Made by a program: the position numbers and the translations under genes. 51,505 nucleotides of DNA, from positions 1 through 51,505 of the forward strand of contig CAYJVO010000003.1 of assembly GCA_964373675.1 (NCBI GenBank), in the 5' to 3' direction. A model generated the notes under the pieces. The model did no database searches and was not told where the DNA came from. It was given only the letters and a program-made list of their open reading frames with translations. How positions within the stretch are numbered: position 1 is the stretch's first letter; every line of letters begins with the position of its first letter. This document shows positions 26,821 through 35,957 of this stretch, piece after piece. This DNA comes from an uncultured Candidatus Saccharibacteria bacterium (lineage in GTDB: Bacteria; Patescibacteriota; Minisyncoccia; UBA6257; WO2-44-18).

Positions 26821-27291
26821 ATGAAAATATTAGGTATAGATCCCGGTACTTCCAGAATTGGTTATGGTTTAATTAAAGATGGCAGTGAATTGAAATTAAT
26901 AGATTGCGGAGTAATAGAAATTACCGAACCTGATAAAAAAATTCTTATTCTAGGCAAAAAATATGCCAAGCTTTTGAAAAAATTTCAGCCGGATTTAGTG
27001 GCAATAGAAAAACTTTTTTTTGCTAAAAATAAAAAAACGGCTCTGGGGGTTGCTCAATCCCGAGGAGTATTAATTTTAAAAAGTTTAGAAGCCAAAATCC
27101 CCATTGCGGAATATGGACCAATGGAAGTAAAGCTGGCCACTACTGGCTACGGATTATCGGACAAAAAAGCCGTGGCCACAATGGTAAAAATATTTTTAAA
27201 AGCCGACTCTTTAAAGGGGTATGATGATGCCAGCGATGCCTTAGCTATTGCAATAGCCGCCTCTTTCCATCAGAAACAAAACAAAATTTAA
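26821..27291 (+). CDS. ruvC: Crossover junction endodeoxyribonuclease RuvC
   Basis: ILGIDPG, AIEKLFF, RGV, VK.A.TGYG..DK, DDASDALAIA. Confidence 0.95.
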   Translation: MKILGIDPGTSRIGYGLIKDGSELKLIDCGVIEITEPDKKILILGKKYAKLLKKFQPDLVAIEKLFFAKNKKTALGVAQSRGVLILKSLEAKIPIAEYGPMEVKLATTGYGLSDKKAVATMVKIFLKADSLKGYDDASDALAIAIAASFHQKQNKI

Positions 27292-27315
27292 TTCGTTTAG
27301 TATAACGAGCAAACA

Positions 27316-27343
27316 TTGACATTCATTTTTGTACGCTTATAAT
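27316..27343 (+). promoter_or_regulatory. Sigma70-type promoter
   Basis: TTGACA-16 nt-TATAAT. Confidence 0.75.
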
Positions 27344-27403
27344 ATTTATTTATCGTTTTTAAATTCTATAAAGGTCGCATAGAATTTGATGGAATTCTAA
27401 ATA

Positions 27404-27565
27404 ATGGCAAAATACTCAACTGACGAGGATTTCATCTTAACCGCCGCTGAAGACGATGGCCTCTTAAGTGATGACGGTGAAGAAAAAGAAGGAGGCGGCG
27501 AAGAAAAAACTGAAGACGAAGATGAAATGGAGGCAGAGGAAGAAACGGAAGAAGAAAAAGAATAA
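27404..27565 (+). CDS. Small, highly acidic hypothetical protein (53 aa; below ORF-track cutoff)
   Basis: MAKYSTDEDFILTAAEDDGLLSDDGEEKEGGGEEKTEDEDEMEAEEETEEEKE; bracketed by a consensus promoter and a terminator. Confidence 0.7.
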   Translation: MAKYSTDEDFILTAAEDDGLLSDDGEEKEGGGEEKTEDEDEMEAEEETEEEKE

Positions 27566-27571
27566 GAAAAG

Positions 27572-27605
27572 AAAAAACCGCCAAGGCATTGCCTTGGCGG
27601 TTTTT
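27572..27605. terminator. Bidirectional intrinsic terminator
   Basis: AAAAAACCGCCAAGGC-att-GCCTTGGCGGTTTTT. Confidence 0.85.
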
Positions 27606-27619
27606 GTATTATAATTTAT

Positions 27620-27765
27620 TAGAACCTATCCCAAAAATATCCCCAAGCTGCGTTCTTAGCCATTTTCTCCGCAGGACGAGGCGCGATGAGAAAACTGTAG
27701 TCGCTCCTTGCACTTTCTAAAATTTGCCAGTATCGCAGCCGGGGATATTTTTGGGATAGGTTCTA
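27620..27765. mobile_element. MITE-like element, copy 2
   Basis: 25-bp perfect inverted repeat TAGAACCTATCCCAAAAATATCCCC including terminal TA (possible target-site duplication). Confidence 0.8.
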
Positions 27766-30167
27766 CTGTGGTTATTACTGTGATTAGAAAGCTGTTATTA
27801 GCATCTGCGGCTGCTGCCTGCTTGGCGGCAGTTTTTAGCATCTTTTTCTTTTTTGCCGTTCTCAAAGATCTACCCAGTCCAGAACTTATAGAAAACCGAA
27901 GAATTGCTCAATCTACTAAAATTTACGACCGAACTGGTCAAATTTTACTTTATGAAATCCACGGGGAAGAAAAACGCACCGTTATTCCCTTCTCCGAAAT
28001 TCCAGAACAGGTAAAGCAAACCACTATTGCCATAGAAGACGCGAATTTTTATCAACATTCGGCTTTTGATTTACGCTCTCTTTTGCGCGCCTTAATGGTT
28101 AACCTTTCTCAAGGCCGGATTGCTCAAGGTGGCTCCACTATTACTCAACAATTGGCAAAAAATGCCTTTCTTTCTCCGGAAAGAACCTTTACAAGAAAAA
28201 TCAAAGAGTTGGTCTTGGCCATTATTTTAGAAAAGCGGTATTCCAAAGACGAAATTTTGAATCTTTATCTTAATCAGATTCCTTATGGCGCCAATGCCTA
28301 CGGCATTGAAGCGGCTAGCCAGACTTACTTTAAAAAATCTGCCAAAGAATTAAAGCTGGCCGAAGCCGCTCTTTTAGCTAGTCTGCCGAAAGCACCGTCA
28401 TACTATTCCCCGTGGGGGCCGCATTCGGATGAACTAATAGCTAGGAAAAATTACACTCTAGAACAAATGGCTAAATTAGGATTTATCAGCGAACGGCAGA
28501 AAAACGAAGCTAAAAAAATCCAATTCCAATTCGCCACTCCCAATACCGGCATCAAAGCGCCTCATTTTGTGATAGCCGTTCAAGAATATCTTAATAAGCA
28601 ATATGGCGAAGATTTCGTAAGAACTGCTGGCCTGGAAGTAACCACTACTCTTGATTGGCCAATGCAGGAATTGGCGGAAAAAGCAGTTCTAGAAGGGGCG
28701 CGGCGAAACTCTGACCTTTATCAGGGAAAAAACGCGGCTCTAGTAGCTCAAGACAGTTCCACCGGACAAATTCTGGCATTAGTCGGCTCACGAGATTATT
28801 TTGACAAAGAAATTGACGGGAACTTCAATGTTGCCGTTCAAGGATTGCGTCAACCGGGCTCGGCAATCAAACCGTTCGTCTATCTTGCCACTTTTAAAAA
28901 AGGGTTTACGCCGGACACGATCATATTTGATGTACCGACTGAATTTGTGCCAAACAATGAAAACTGTCCGCTAATTGTTGATTTCGCCAATGAATCAAAA
29001 GAATGCTATCATCCGCAAAATTTTGATGAAAATTTCCGCGGTCCCATAACGCTTCGCAATGCGCTTGCCCAATCAGTTAATATTCCCGCGGCTAAAACCC
29101 TGTATCTTGCCGGCATTGATAATGTTTTAAAATTGGCAAAAGATTTCGGAATCACCACTTTAACCGAACGAAGCCGCTATGGACTATCACTGGTATTAGG
29201 CGGCGGAGAAGTAAAACTAATTGAATTGGTTCAGGCCTATTCAATACTGGCGCAGGAAGGATTAAAACATAAACAAACTTTTATACTAAGAATTACTGAT
29301 CAAAATAAAAAAGTTTTGGAAGAATACCGTGATGAGGCGGAACAAATCATTGATCCGCAATATCCGCGTTTAATTAATGACATTCTTTCTGATGTTCAAG
29401 CTCGCGCTCCTCTTTTTGCCAACAGTCTAAACCTTACCGTCTATCCCAATCAAGAAGTATCCCTGAAAACCGGCACTACCAATGATTATCGCGACGCTTG
29501 GGCAATCGGTTATACCCGTTCTTTGGTTGTCGGCGTGTGGGCCGGCAATAATGACAATCAACCAATGCAAAAACGCGGCAGTAGTATTTTAGCGGCTATT
29601 CCGATCTGGAACGCTTTTCTTTCCGAAGCTTTAAAAATCCGATCTTTAGAAACTTTCACTAAGCCAGAACCTATTTTTGCCGACAAACCGGCTCTGCGCG
29701 GTGAATATCTCATCAACGGACAAATTCACGATATTCTTTACTATGTCAATAAAAATCGGCCGCTTGATCCGCCGCCAGCTAATCCAGACAGCGACCCTCA
29801 ATTCAAAAACTGGGAAGAGCCGATTGAAGAATGGCTTAAAAGCAACCGAGATAAAATCAATCTTTTGGCAAGTTTAACACCAATCGGTAGTCTTAATTTA
29901 GAGATATTGTCGCCAACTAAAGGAAGTGCGATCTTTAATAATAAAATTAGCGTATCAACGCAAGTTTCTTCCCCGGCAGACATTACCAAAATGGAAATCT
30001 GGTTTAATAACAAAATTATTTCTCAACAAAGCGGAAATTTTGGAAAAAATTGGTCTTACCAAAATATTGTATCAGCCTCCGATGTCCAACTGCAAAATCT
30101 TTTCAAAATTGTTGTTTGGGACAATCAAAATAATAAAACCGAAAAAGAAATAATCCTCTATAAGTAG
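27708..30167 (+). CDS. Class A penicillin-binding protein (PBP1A family)
   Basis: IEDANF..H, GGSTITQQL, RKIKE, YLNQIPYG, RQPGSAIKP (SxxK), SVN (SxN), KTGT; first ~20 codons come from the MITE, so the true start is probably GTG 27768 or 27780. Confidence 0.93.
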   Translation: MHFLKFASIAAGDIFGIGSTVVITVIRKLLLASAAAACLAAVFSIFFFFAVLKDLPSPELIENRRIAQSTKIYDRTGQILLYEIHGEEKRTVIPFSEIPEQVKQTTIAIEDANFYQHSAFDLRSLLRALMVNLSQGRIAQGGSTITQQLAKNAFLSPERTFTRKIKELVLAIILEKRYSKDEILNLYLNQIPYGANAYGIEAASQTYFKKSAKELKLAEAALLASLPKAPSYYSPWGPHSDELIARKNYTLEQMAKLGFISERQKNEAKKIQFQFATPNTGIKAPHFVIAVQEYLNKQYGEDFVRTAGLEVTTTLDWPMQELAEKAVLEGARRNSDLYQGKNAALVAQDSSTGQILALVGSRDYFDKEIDGNFNVAVQGLRQPGSAIKPFVYLATFKKGFTPDTIIFDVPTEFVPNNENCPLIVDFANESKECYHPQNFDENFRGPITLRNALAQSVNIPAAKTLYLAGIDNVLKLAKDFGITTLTERSRYGLSLVLGGGEVKLIELVQAYSILAQEGLKHKQTFILRITDQNKKVLEEYRDEAEQIIDPQYPRLINDILSDVQARAPLFANSLNLTVYPNQEVSLKTGTTNDYRDAWAIGYTRSLVVGVWAGNNDNQPMQKRGSSILAAIPIWNAFLSEALKIRSLETFTKPEPIFADKPALRGEYLINGQIHDILYYVNKNRPLDPPPANPDSDPQFKNWEEPIEEWLKSNRDKINLLASLTPIGSLNLEILSPTKGSAIFNNKISVSTQVSSPADITKMEIWFNNKIISQQSGNFGKNWSYQNIVSASDVQLQNLFKIVVWDNQNNKTEKEIILYK

Positions 30168-30174
30168 AACCTAT

Positions 30175-31290
30175 CTAGGTTGTTTTTATGGGCATTAAAA
30201 TATAAAAATATGAATTGTCATTTACCGGTTTAAGAACGGCGGGACGGCTTTCATTATTGATGCAAAAAATTATTTCCGGAGAATCCATAACTCGCAAACC
30301 ATCCAGCAAATACCGCCAATTAAAACTGATTTCTTTAAAATCTTTGCCTTTAATTTTAGCCGGTATCAAATAGTTATTTTCGCCCAGATACTGATTAGCG
30401 GAATAAACTTCCAAAGCTTTTTTTCCCTCTGTCATTTTAATTCTTATATCATTAACTTTACCGCTAAAATTACTCACTAACTTAAGCGCATTAACCAGGT
30501 AATCTTTATCAAATTGACTTTCCGTTTCTAATTCTTTTGGAATAATTGAATCGTAATCGGGGTATTCGCCGTCAATTAATCTGGATACTATTTCCAAATC
30601 TTCATTTTTAAACATTACTTGGTTCGGATCAACAAAAATCATCACATTTTTATCCTGCGGTAAAATCCTAATTAATTCCTGAACGGTTTTTAAAGGGAGG
30701 ATTATTTTAAAACCTCGGTTAAAATTTGTTTTAAATTGATTAGTGTTAATGGTTTTTTCCGAAAGTCTAAAACTGTCCGTGCCAGCTAGTTTTAGAAAAG
30801 TTATCTGAAAATCAAATAAAACGCCGCTTATTTCCGGTCTAATCTCGGAAATTTGAACCGAAGACAGAACTTTTAATAAAGAATTTTTTAAAATATCGCC
30901 ATTAATTTCCAGATAATAATCAGTATTTTCCAATTTAGGGATTATTGGGAATTCTTCCGGATCTATTCCTTGAATAGCCGCTTCATAATTATCAGTTTTT
31001 ATTAAAAGATTATTTTTTTTGGTTTCTAAATCAATTTTATCTGAATTAAGATTATTAATTATTCCGTATAATATTCCAAACGGCACGCTGATTTCTCCTT
31101 CTTCAATGATTTTTCCCGAAGTTAAATAAGAAATTCCTAATTCTAAATTAGTGGTAACCGTTTTAATGCGGTTATTAAATGTTTTAATTAAAACATTTTT
31201 TAAAACTGGCAAAGTTGTATTTTCCGAAACTGCTTTTTCCACAGCCGCCAAAGCGATTTTTAAATTATTTCTTAATATAATTAATTTCAT
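30175..31290 (-). CDS. dnaN: DNA polymerase III beta sliding clamp
   Basis: LPVLKNVL, TNLE, EEFP, TDSFRL, SRLIDGEYPDY, F N..YLLD, LMPI. Confidence 0.97.
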   Translation of the reverse strand: MKLIILRNNLKIALAAVEKAVSENTTLPVLKNVLIKTFNNRIKTVTTNLELGISYLTSGKIIEEGEISVPFGILYGIINNLNSDKIDLETKKNNLLIKTDNYEAAIQGIDPEEFPIIPKLENTDYYLEINGDILKNSLLKVLSSVQISEIRPEISGVLFDFQITFLKLAGTDSFRLSEKTINTNQFKTNFNRGFKIILPLKTVQELIRILPQDKNVMIFVDPNQVMFKNEDLEIVSRLIDGEYPDYDSIIPKELETESQFDKDYLVNALKLVSNFSGKVNDIRIKMTEGKKALEVYSANQYLGENNYLIPAKIKGKDFKEISFNWRYLLDGLRVMDSPEIIFCINNESRPAVLKPVNDNSYFYILMPIKTT

Positions 31291-31396
31291 TTATTTAATA
31301 AATTAGTTGTAGATGTAGTAGGAAATAATTTTGTTGATAACCTTAAATTTATTCCTATTTTTTTATTTATAATTCTTAAATCCTGTTAATTATTTG
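31291..31396. other. Probable oriC unwinding region (DnaA box plus DnaA-trios)
   Basis: TTATCAACA (minus, 31340-31332), 10-nt spacer, then TAG TTG TAG ATG TAG TAG (31304-31321); AT-rich; between dnaA and dnaN. Confidence 0.75.
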
Positions 31397-32755
31397 TTAG
31401 CTTTTACTAATCATATCTTTGACCATTAGAATATTCTGATTCAGTTTATGATTTTTATTGATTTCCTCCCCTATTTTTCCACAGGCATAAATAGCAGTTG
31501 TGTGATCACGCTTCCCCAATTTTTCCCCAATTGACGGATAAGAAAGGTTTAAAATTTCGCGCATTAGATACATGGTAACCTGCCGTGGTTCCACTAATTC
31601 TTTTTTCCGCGAACGACCGGTTAAATCGCCGGTAGTAATTTCGTAAAATTCCGCAACGCAGTTTAGAATTTGGCCCGGACTCACATTATGTGAAGATTCC
31701 TGAATATTCTGATTGATTAGCTCCTCCACCTTTTTAGGAGTTAACTCGCCCTTATTTTGCTGATAAAATAGGACTTGATTAAGAACTCCTTCCAGTTCCC
31801 GGAGATTTTTTTGGGCTTTGGTTGCCATAATCTTGAGATATTGGTCATCTAACTGCGTTCCTCTTTCTACTAGTTTGTTTTTTAAGACAGCCAGCCTTAA
31901 TTCAAAATCCGGATAATCAATACCTACAGTCATGCCGCCGGCAAAACGCGACTTTAGCCGTTCGTGAAGAGTAGGAGTAAAATTCGGCGGGCGATCGGAA
32001 GAAATGATTATTTGTTTATTATTCTCATAAAGCGCATTAAAAGTATGGAAAAATTCTTCTTCAGTTGATCCTTTTCCAGTAATGAACTGAATATCGTCAA
32101 TAATTAAGACATCTACCAAGCGGTACTTTTCTTTAACTGTTTCCATTCTTTTGGAACGAATGCCGGCAATGACATCGTTGGTGAATTTTTCCGAAGGCAC
32201 ATATCTTACTTTTATTTTATTTTGGTAACGATTTTTGATTTCGTTTCCGGCCGCCTGAATAAGATGAGTTTTTCCTACGCCGACCCCGCCGTATATGAAT
32301 AAAGGATTATATTTATTGCCAATGGATTCAGTGATGGCTAGACAGGCGCTGTAAGCGAGTTCGTTTGATTTGCCGATAACAAAAGAATTAAGGGTATAGC
32401 GGGGGTTTAAATTAGTTTCCGGATCAAGTTTGAATTCCGAGAATCCGATTTGACTTGGAGATGATGCTTTAACTTCCAATTTTTCTTTTGCCAAACCCGA
32501 CTGCGGATCTTTAATTACCGCATAATCAATTTTTTTAGTGGTTTCATCAAGATTTCTTAAGGCGCGAAGAACAATTTTCCCATATTTATTTTCTACCCAT
32601 TCTTTTGCAAAACTATTGGGAAGTCCGATTAAAGCAACCCCCTCTTTTTTTTCTAGTAAAGAAGTGTTTTTAAACCAAGTAAGAAAATTTGGTCTCGAAA
32701 TTTGCAGTTCAATTTCACCAAGAGCAGCTCGCCAAATTTCATTGAGACCATTCAT
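31397..32755 (-). CDS. dnaA: Chromosomal replication initiator DnaA
   Basis: NPRYT...FVIG.SN.LA, YNPLFIYGGVGVGKTHL, IDDIQF, RELEG, RDHTT. Confidence 0.98.
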   Translation of the reverse strand: MNGLNEIWRAALGEIELQISRPNFLTWFKNTSLLEKKEGVALIGLPNSFAKEWVENKYGKIVLRALRNLDETTKKIDYAVIKDPQSGLAKEKLEVKASSPSQIGFSEFKLDPETNLNPRYTLNSFVIGKSNELAYSACLAITESIGNKYNPLFIYGGVGVGKTHLIQAAGNEIKNRYQNKIKVRYVPSEKFTNDVIAGIRSKRMETVKEKYRLVDVLIIDDIQFITGKGSTEEEFFHTFNALYENNKQIIISSDRPPNFTPTLHERLKSRFAGGMTVGIDYPDFELRLAVLKNKLVERGTQLDDQYLKIMATKAQKNLRELEGVLNQVLFYQQNKGELTPKKVEELINQNIQESSHNVSPGQILNCVAEFYEITTGDLTGRSRKKELVEPRQVTMYLMREILNLSYPSIGEKLGKRDHTTAIYACGKIGEEINKNHKLNQNILMVKDMISKS

Positions 32756-32821
32756 AGTTTTAATTTTATGCTCTTGCCACCAGCCGTCAAATAGCTACAA
32801 TAAAATAAAGTGTTAATTGTT

Positions 32822-32830
32822 TGTGGATAA
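32822..32830 (-). promoter_or_regulatory. Consensus DnaA box
   Basis: TTATCCACA in the dnaA-rpmH intergenic region. Confidence 0.75.
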
Positions 32831-32842
32831 ATAAAAATCATC

Positions 32843-32977
32843 ATGTCTATCACCTATCAGCCAAAAAAACGGAAAAGAGCGCGAACTCATGGTTTTTTGA
32901 CGCGCAGTCGGACGCCGGGAGGCCGGCGAGTTTTAAGAAATAGACGGAGAAAAGGCCGACATCGGCTTACGCCGTAA
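32843..32977 (+). CDS. rpmH: 50S ribosomal protein L34 (below ORF-track cutoff)
   Basis: [44 protein letters not shown]. Confidence 0.96.
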   Translation: MSITYQPKKRKRARTHGFLTRSRTPGGRRVLRNRRRKGRHRLTP

Positions 32978-33017
32978 GCAAAGAGGATAGAGAAAAGAGG
33001 AAAGGGAACAGAAAATT

Positions 33018-33338
33018 ATGTTGTCGAAGCAGCAAAGATTGCCGATTCAAAAATTTATAGGGAAAAGCGGCAAAATAGTTAAAAGCCGCTATTTTTTATT
33101 AAAAATTTTTGAAACCGGCAATGCCTTTTGCCGATTCGGCGTTATTATTAGCAGTAAAGTGGCAAAAAGAGCTGTTGATCGCAACAGATTAAAAAGGCAA
33201 ATATTTAATTTTTTCCGCATTGCCGGACACGCATTGCCGATTGCCGATTATTTGCTAATTGTTTCGGTAAATGCGGTAAAACTCGGCAAAGAGGAATTAA
33301 AAAACGAACTCTCCAAATTACTAACAACTAACAACTAA
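33018..33338 (+). CDS. rnpA: Ribonuclease P protein component
   Basis: RFGVIISSKVAKRAVDRNRLKR (RNR motif); canonical position after rpmH. Confidence 0.92.
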   Translation: MLSKQQRLPIQKFIGKSGKIVKSRYFLLKIFETGNAFCRFGVIISSKVAKRAVDRNRLKRQIFNFFRIAGHALPIADYLLIVSVNAVKLGKEELKNELSKLLTTNN

Positions 33339-33359
33339 CAACTAACAACTTTTGCTTTC

Positions 33360-34103
33360 ATGGGTTCTTTATTCAACACAATTTTATACCAGCCGTTATT
33401 TAACGCTCTAGTTTTTTTATATAAATACGTAGCTTTTCAAGATTTGGGCATCGCCATTATTTTATTGACAATCCTTATTCGTTTTATCCTGTATCCGTTT
33501 TTCTACAAAAGTTTTAAAAATCAGACCCTGATGCAGCGGCTTCAGCCGCAGATTCGCAAAATCCAGCATGACCACAAAGATAATCGGGAAAAACAAGCTC
33601 AAGTCCTAATGGCTCTTTATAAAGAGCATAAAGTCAACCCTTTTTCCGGATTTTTGCTGATTTTGCTTCAACTGCCGGTATTAATTGCCCTTTACCAGCT
33701 TTTTTTAAAGGGTTTTACCCCAGAATCCTTTGTTAATTTGTATGATTTTATATCGTCTCCGGATCAGATTAACCATTCTTTTTTAGGCTTGATTGATTTG
33801 CAAAGCCGCAGTATAGTGATGGTTGGTTTGGCGGCTTTAGTCCAATATTTTCAAGGACGGCTAGCCTTGCCAAAATTTTCTGCTTCAGAAAAAGATCCGT
33901 CTTCTAGAATTGTCAGGCAGATGGTGTTTATCGGACCGATTTTGACCGTCGTCTTTTTAACATCTCTGCCGTCCGCCATAGGGTTGTATTGGTTGGTAAC
34001 TTCGCTATTTTCCATCGGTCAGCAGATTATAATTAACCGTCAAATAGAAAAAGAACAACAAAGACATGGAAAATCTGAAAATAGCAGTCAAAACCATGCT
34101 TGA
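33360..34103 (+). CDS. yidC: YidC/Oxa1 membrane insertase (short form)
   Basis: DLGIAIILLT..IR, MQRLQP, NP.SG.L..L.QLP, P.A.GLYW. Confidence 0.93.
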   Translation: MGSLFNTILYQPLFNALVFLYKYVAFQDLGIAIILLTILIRFILYPFFYKSFKNQTLMQRLQPQIRKIQHDHKDNREKQAQVLMALYKEHKVNPFSGFLLILLQLPVLIALYQLFLKGFTPESFVNLYDFISSPDQINHSFLGLIDLQSRSIVMVGLAALVQYFQGRLALPKFSASEKDPSSRIVRQMVFIGPILTVVFLTSLPSAIGLYWLVTSLFSIGQQIIINRQIEKEQQRHGKSENSSQNHA

Positions 34104-34500
34104 ACGCGCCGGCTTTGCGGATGCGGGGATTGAGGTTGATTCAGAAAACAGAAAAATAACGATTTTTATTAATGAAAGCGAGTGGTTTCAAAAAATAATT
34201 CCTAATTTCGTTAGCGATTTGGAGCACATAGTAAAGTTATTGGCGCGAAAAAACAGTTTGGAGACGGTTTTCGTGGATGTGAATAATTATCGCCGAGATC
34301 GGGAAAAGCTCATTATTGAATTGGCGCAGGCGGCAGCCCGAAAAGCGCTGACCACTAAATCCCCCGTTGATTTACCGGCCCTTAACGCTTACGAACGGCG
34401 GCTAGTGCATGTGGAATTGGCAACTAGACCGGATGTTAAAACTGAAAGCATTGGCGAGGGTAAAGACAGGCACGTGGTCATCAAGCCGATAGAGCTATAA
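34066..34500 (+). CDS. Jag/KhpB-like R3H-domain protein
   Basis: VDVNNYR, L.AYERRLVH, TESIGEG.DRHVV; follows yidC. Confidence 0.88.
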   Translation: MENLKIAVKTMLERAGFADAGIEVDSENRKITIFINESEWFQKIIPNFVSDLEHIVKLLARKNSLETVFVDVNNYRRDREKLIIELAQAAARKALTTKSPVDLPALNAYERRLVHVELATRPDVKTESIGEGKDRHVVIKPIEL

Positions 34501-34572
34501 TCCCGTTAGAAGTAGCCCGCCCTTAGGGTCCTTCGGACCGCGCTCGCGCGCGGGCGAGACTTCTAACGGGAT
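34500..34572. repeat. Hairpin element with 14-bp arms ATCCCGTTAGAAGT / ACTTCTAACGGGAT and a nested GC-rich core, between convergent genes
   Basis: Read directly; core includes GCCCGC..GCGGGC and GGTCC-TTCG-GACC. Confidence 0.8.
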
Positions 34573-34763
34573 AGTTTTTTGTTAATTAGTTCCAGAGTTT
34601 TGGTTGTATCTTGGAGCATTTCTAGGTAGCGCCGGTTGATTTCGTTGGCGGTTTTAAGATAAACCAGCGCTAGGTTAACATAGAGCGCTCCTTTTGCTTC
34701 ATTAGACATCGGTTTTTCCAAAAATTTTTGAAGTTTGGTAAGATCCATAGTGTTATTTTTCAA
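34563..34763 (-). CDS. Hypothetical protein
   Basis: 66-aa helical ORF overlapping the upstream gene; its stop lies inside the hairpin arm. Confidence 0.55.
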   Translation of the reverse strand: MKNNTMDLTKLQKFLEKPMSNEAKGALYVNLALVYLKTANEINRRYLEMLQDTTKTLELINKKLSR

Positions 34764-35937
34764 ACCAAGATTTTGTTGCCAGCAATCTTTTAAGCAAAAT
34801 TCTTTTTTCTAGTGGCAGGCGGGGGTTTTTAGTAAGAACTTCTAAGTTCTCAAACATTCTTCTTTTGGCAGTTGGACCCAATCCTTCAGTTTTAAGATTT
34901 TCTTCAATTATTTGTTCCATTTCTTCCAGCGGTCGCGGATTAAGCTTTTTGTCATAAATTGCGAAAATAAGTTCCTCGGTAACTTTATTTTCAATAAGAC
35001 GATCCAGTTCTTCCGATAATTTTTCTTTATCGGTTTTTTCCAAAAGTTTTAAGGCATCATCTGTTCGCTCCAGTTCTTTTAGGTATTTCTTGGCATCTTG
35101 AAGATTTTCCAGTTTCAATCCTTTTTCACTTTCGGGATTCAAAAAATCGCCAAAGATTTTTGCCACTTTCTTTTGGACTTTTTCCCGAACCATTTTTCCG
35201 GTTGGCAAAGTTTCAATCAAGAATTTTTTGGCCAATTCCAGTCTTTGCCGGGCCTCTTTGGTTAACTCTAAGAGTTCTATGTCCGATTCTAATTTTTCCA
35301 TAGTGGTTTGGCGCAGCATTTCATCCTCTTTGTTTCTAAAAAACCAGCCGATCAGCTCGGAACTTTTTATGTTAAAAAATTCGCGCCAGCCGACGGTTTT
35401 GAGCTTTTCCTCTTTGAGGAGTTTGGTTTCCTTCAAAACCTTTTCCAGTATTGCTTGGGGCGCGATGGCCTTTAGAGATTCATATTCCGGCTTGTATCCG
35501 CTGACAAAAATAAGCAGATCCAGATTCAGCGTTTCTTTTTCTATTTTTTCATTAAACCCGCGATATTGTTGAAGATTTTCGGCGATGAGCTTCACTAATT
35601 CAGGGGTTTCAATGGCCTCTTTTTCTAAATATTCATCCAGAAATTTAAATTCTTTCCTTTTTTCTTTTTCTTTAATTTCCAAACCAGCCTTTTTATAAAT
35701 TTCTTCAGTATATAAATCTTTAAGGCCGTCGCGCGCCCATTCTTTGAACATAAAAGCTTCATGCCGTTTTTCAATTTCCTCGGCATTTTCATTAGTTAAC
35801 TCTAAAGATTCGGCATCCGGATAGCTTGATAAAAATTTAAGAAACTCCGGATTGTTGAGAGTTTCTTCAAAGCGAGATATTTTTCCTGCCTGCTCAATTG
35901 CTTCAGGCGTAGGAACAGGAAACTTTTCTTTGCTCAT
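34753..35937 (-). CDS. Hypothetical E/K-rich helical protein
   Basis: 394-aa ORF; TACAAT 9 nt upstream of the start. Confidence 0.7.
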   Translation of the reverse strand: MSKEKFPVPTPEAIEQAGKISRFEETLNNPEFLKFLSSYPDAESLELTNENAEEIEKRHEAFMFKEWARDGLKDLYTEEIYKKAGLEIKEKEKRKEFKFLDEYLEKEAIETPELVKLIAENLQQYRGFNEKIEKETLNLDLLIFVSGYKPEYESLKAIAPQAILEKVLKETKLLKEEKLKTVGWREFFNIKSSELIGWFFRNKEDEMLRQTTMEKLESDIELLELTKEARQRLELAKKFLIETLPTGKMVREKVQKKVAKIFGDFLNPESEKGLKLENLQDAKKYLKELERTDDALKLLEKTDKEKLSEELDRLIENKVTEELIFAIYDKKLNPRPLEEMEQIIEENLKTEGLGPTAKRRMFENLEVLTKNPRLPLEKRILLKRLLATKSWFEK

Positions 35938-35957
35938 GCTCGCCTTATTGTATCACA

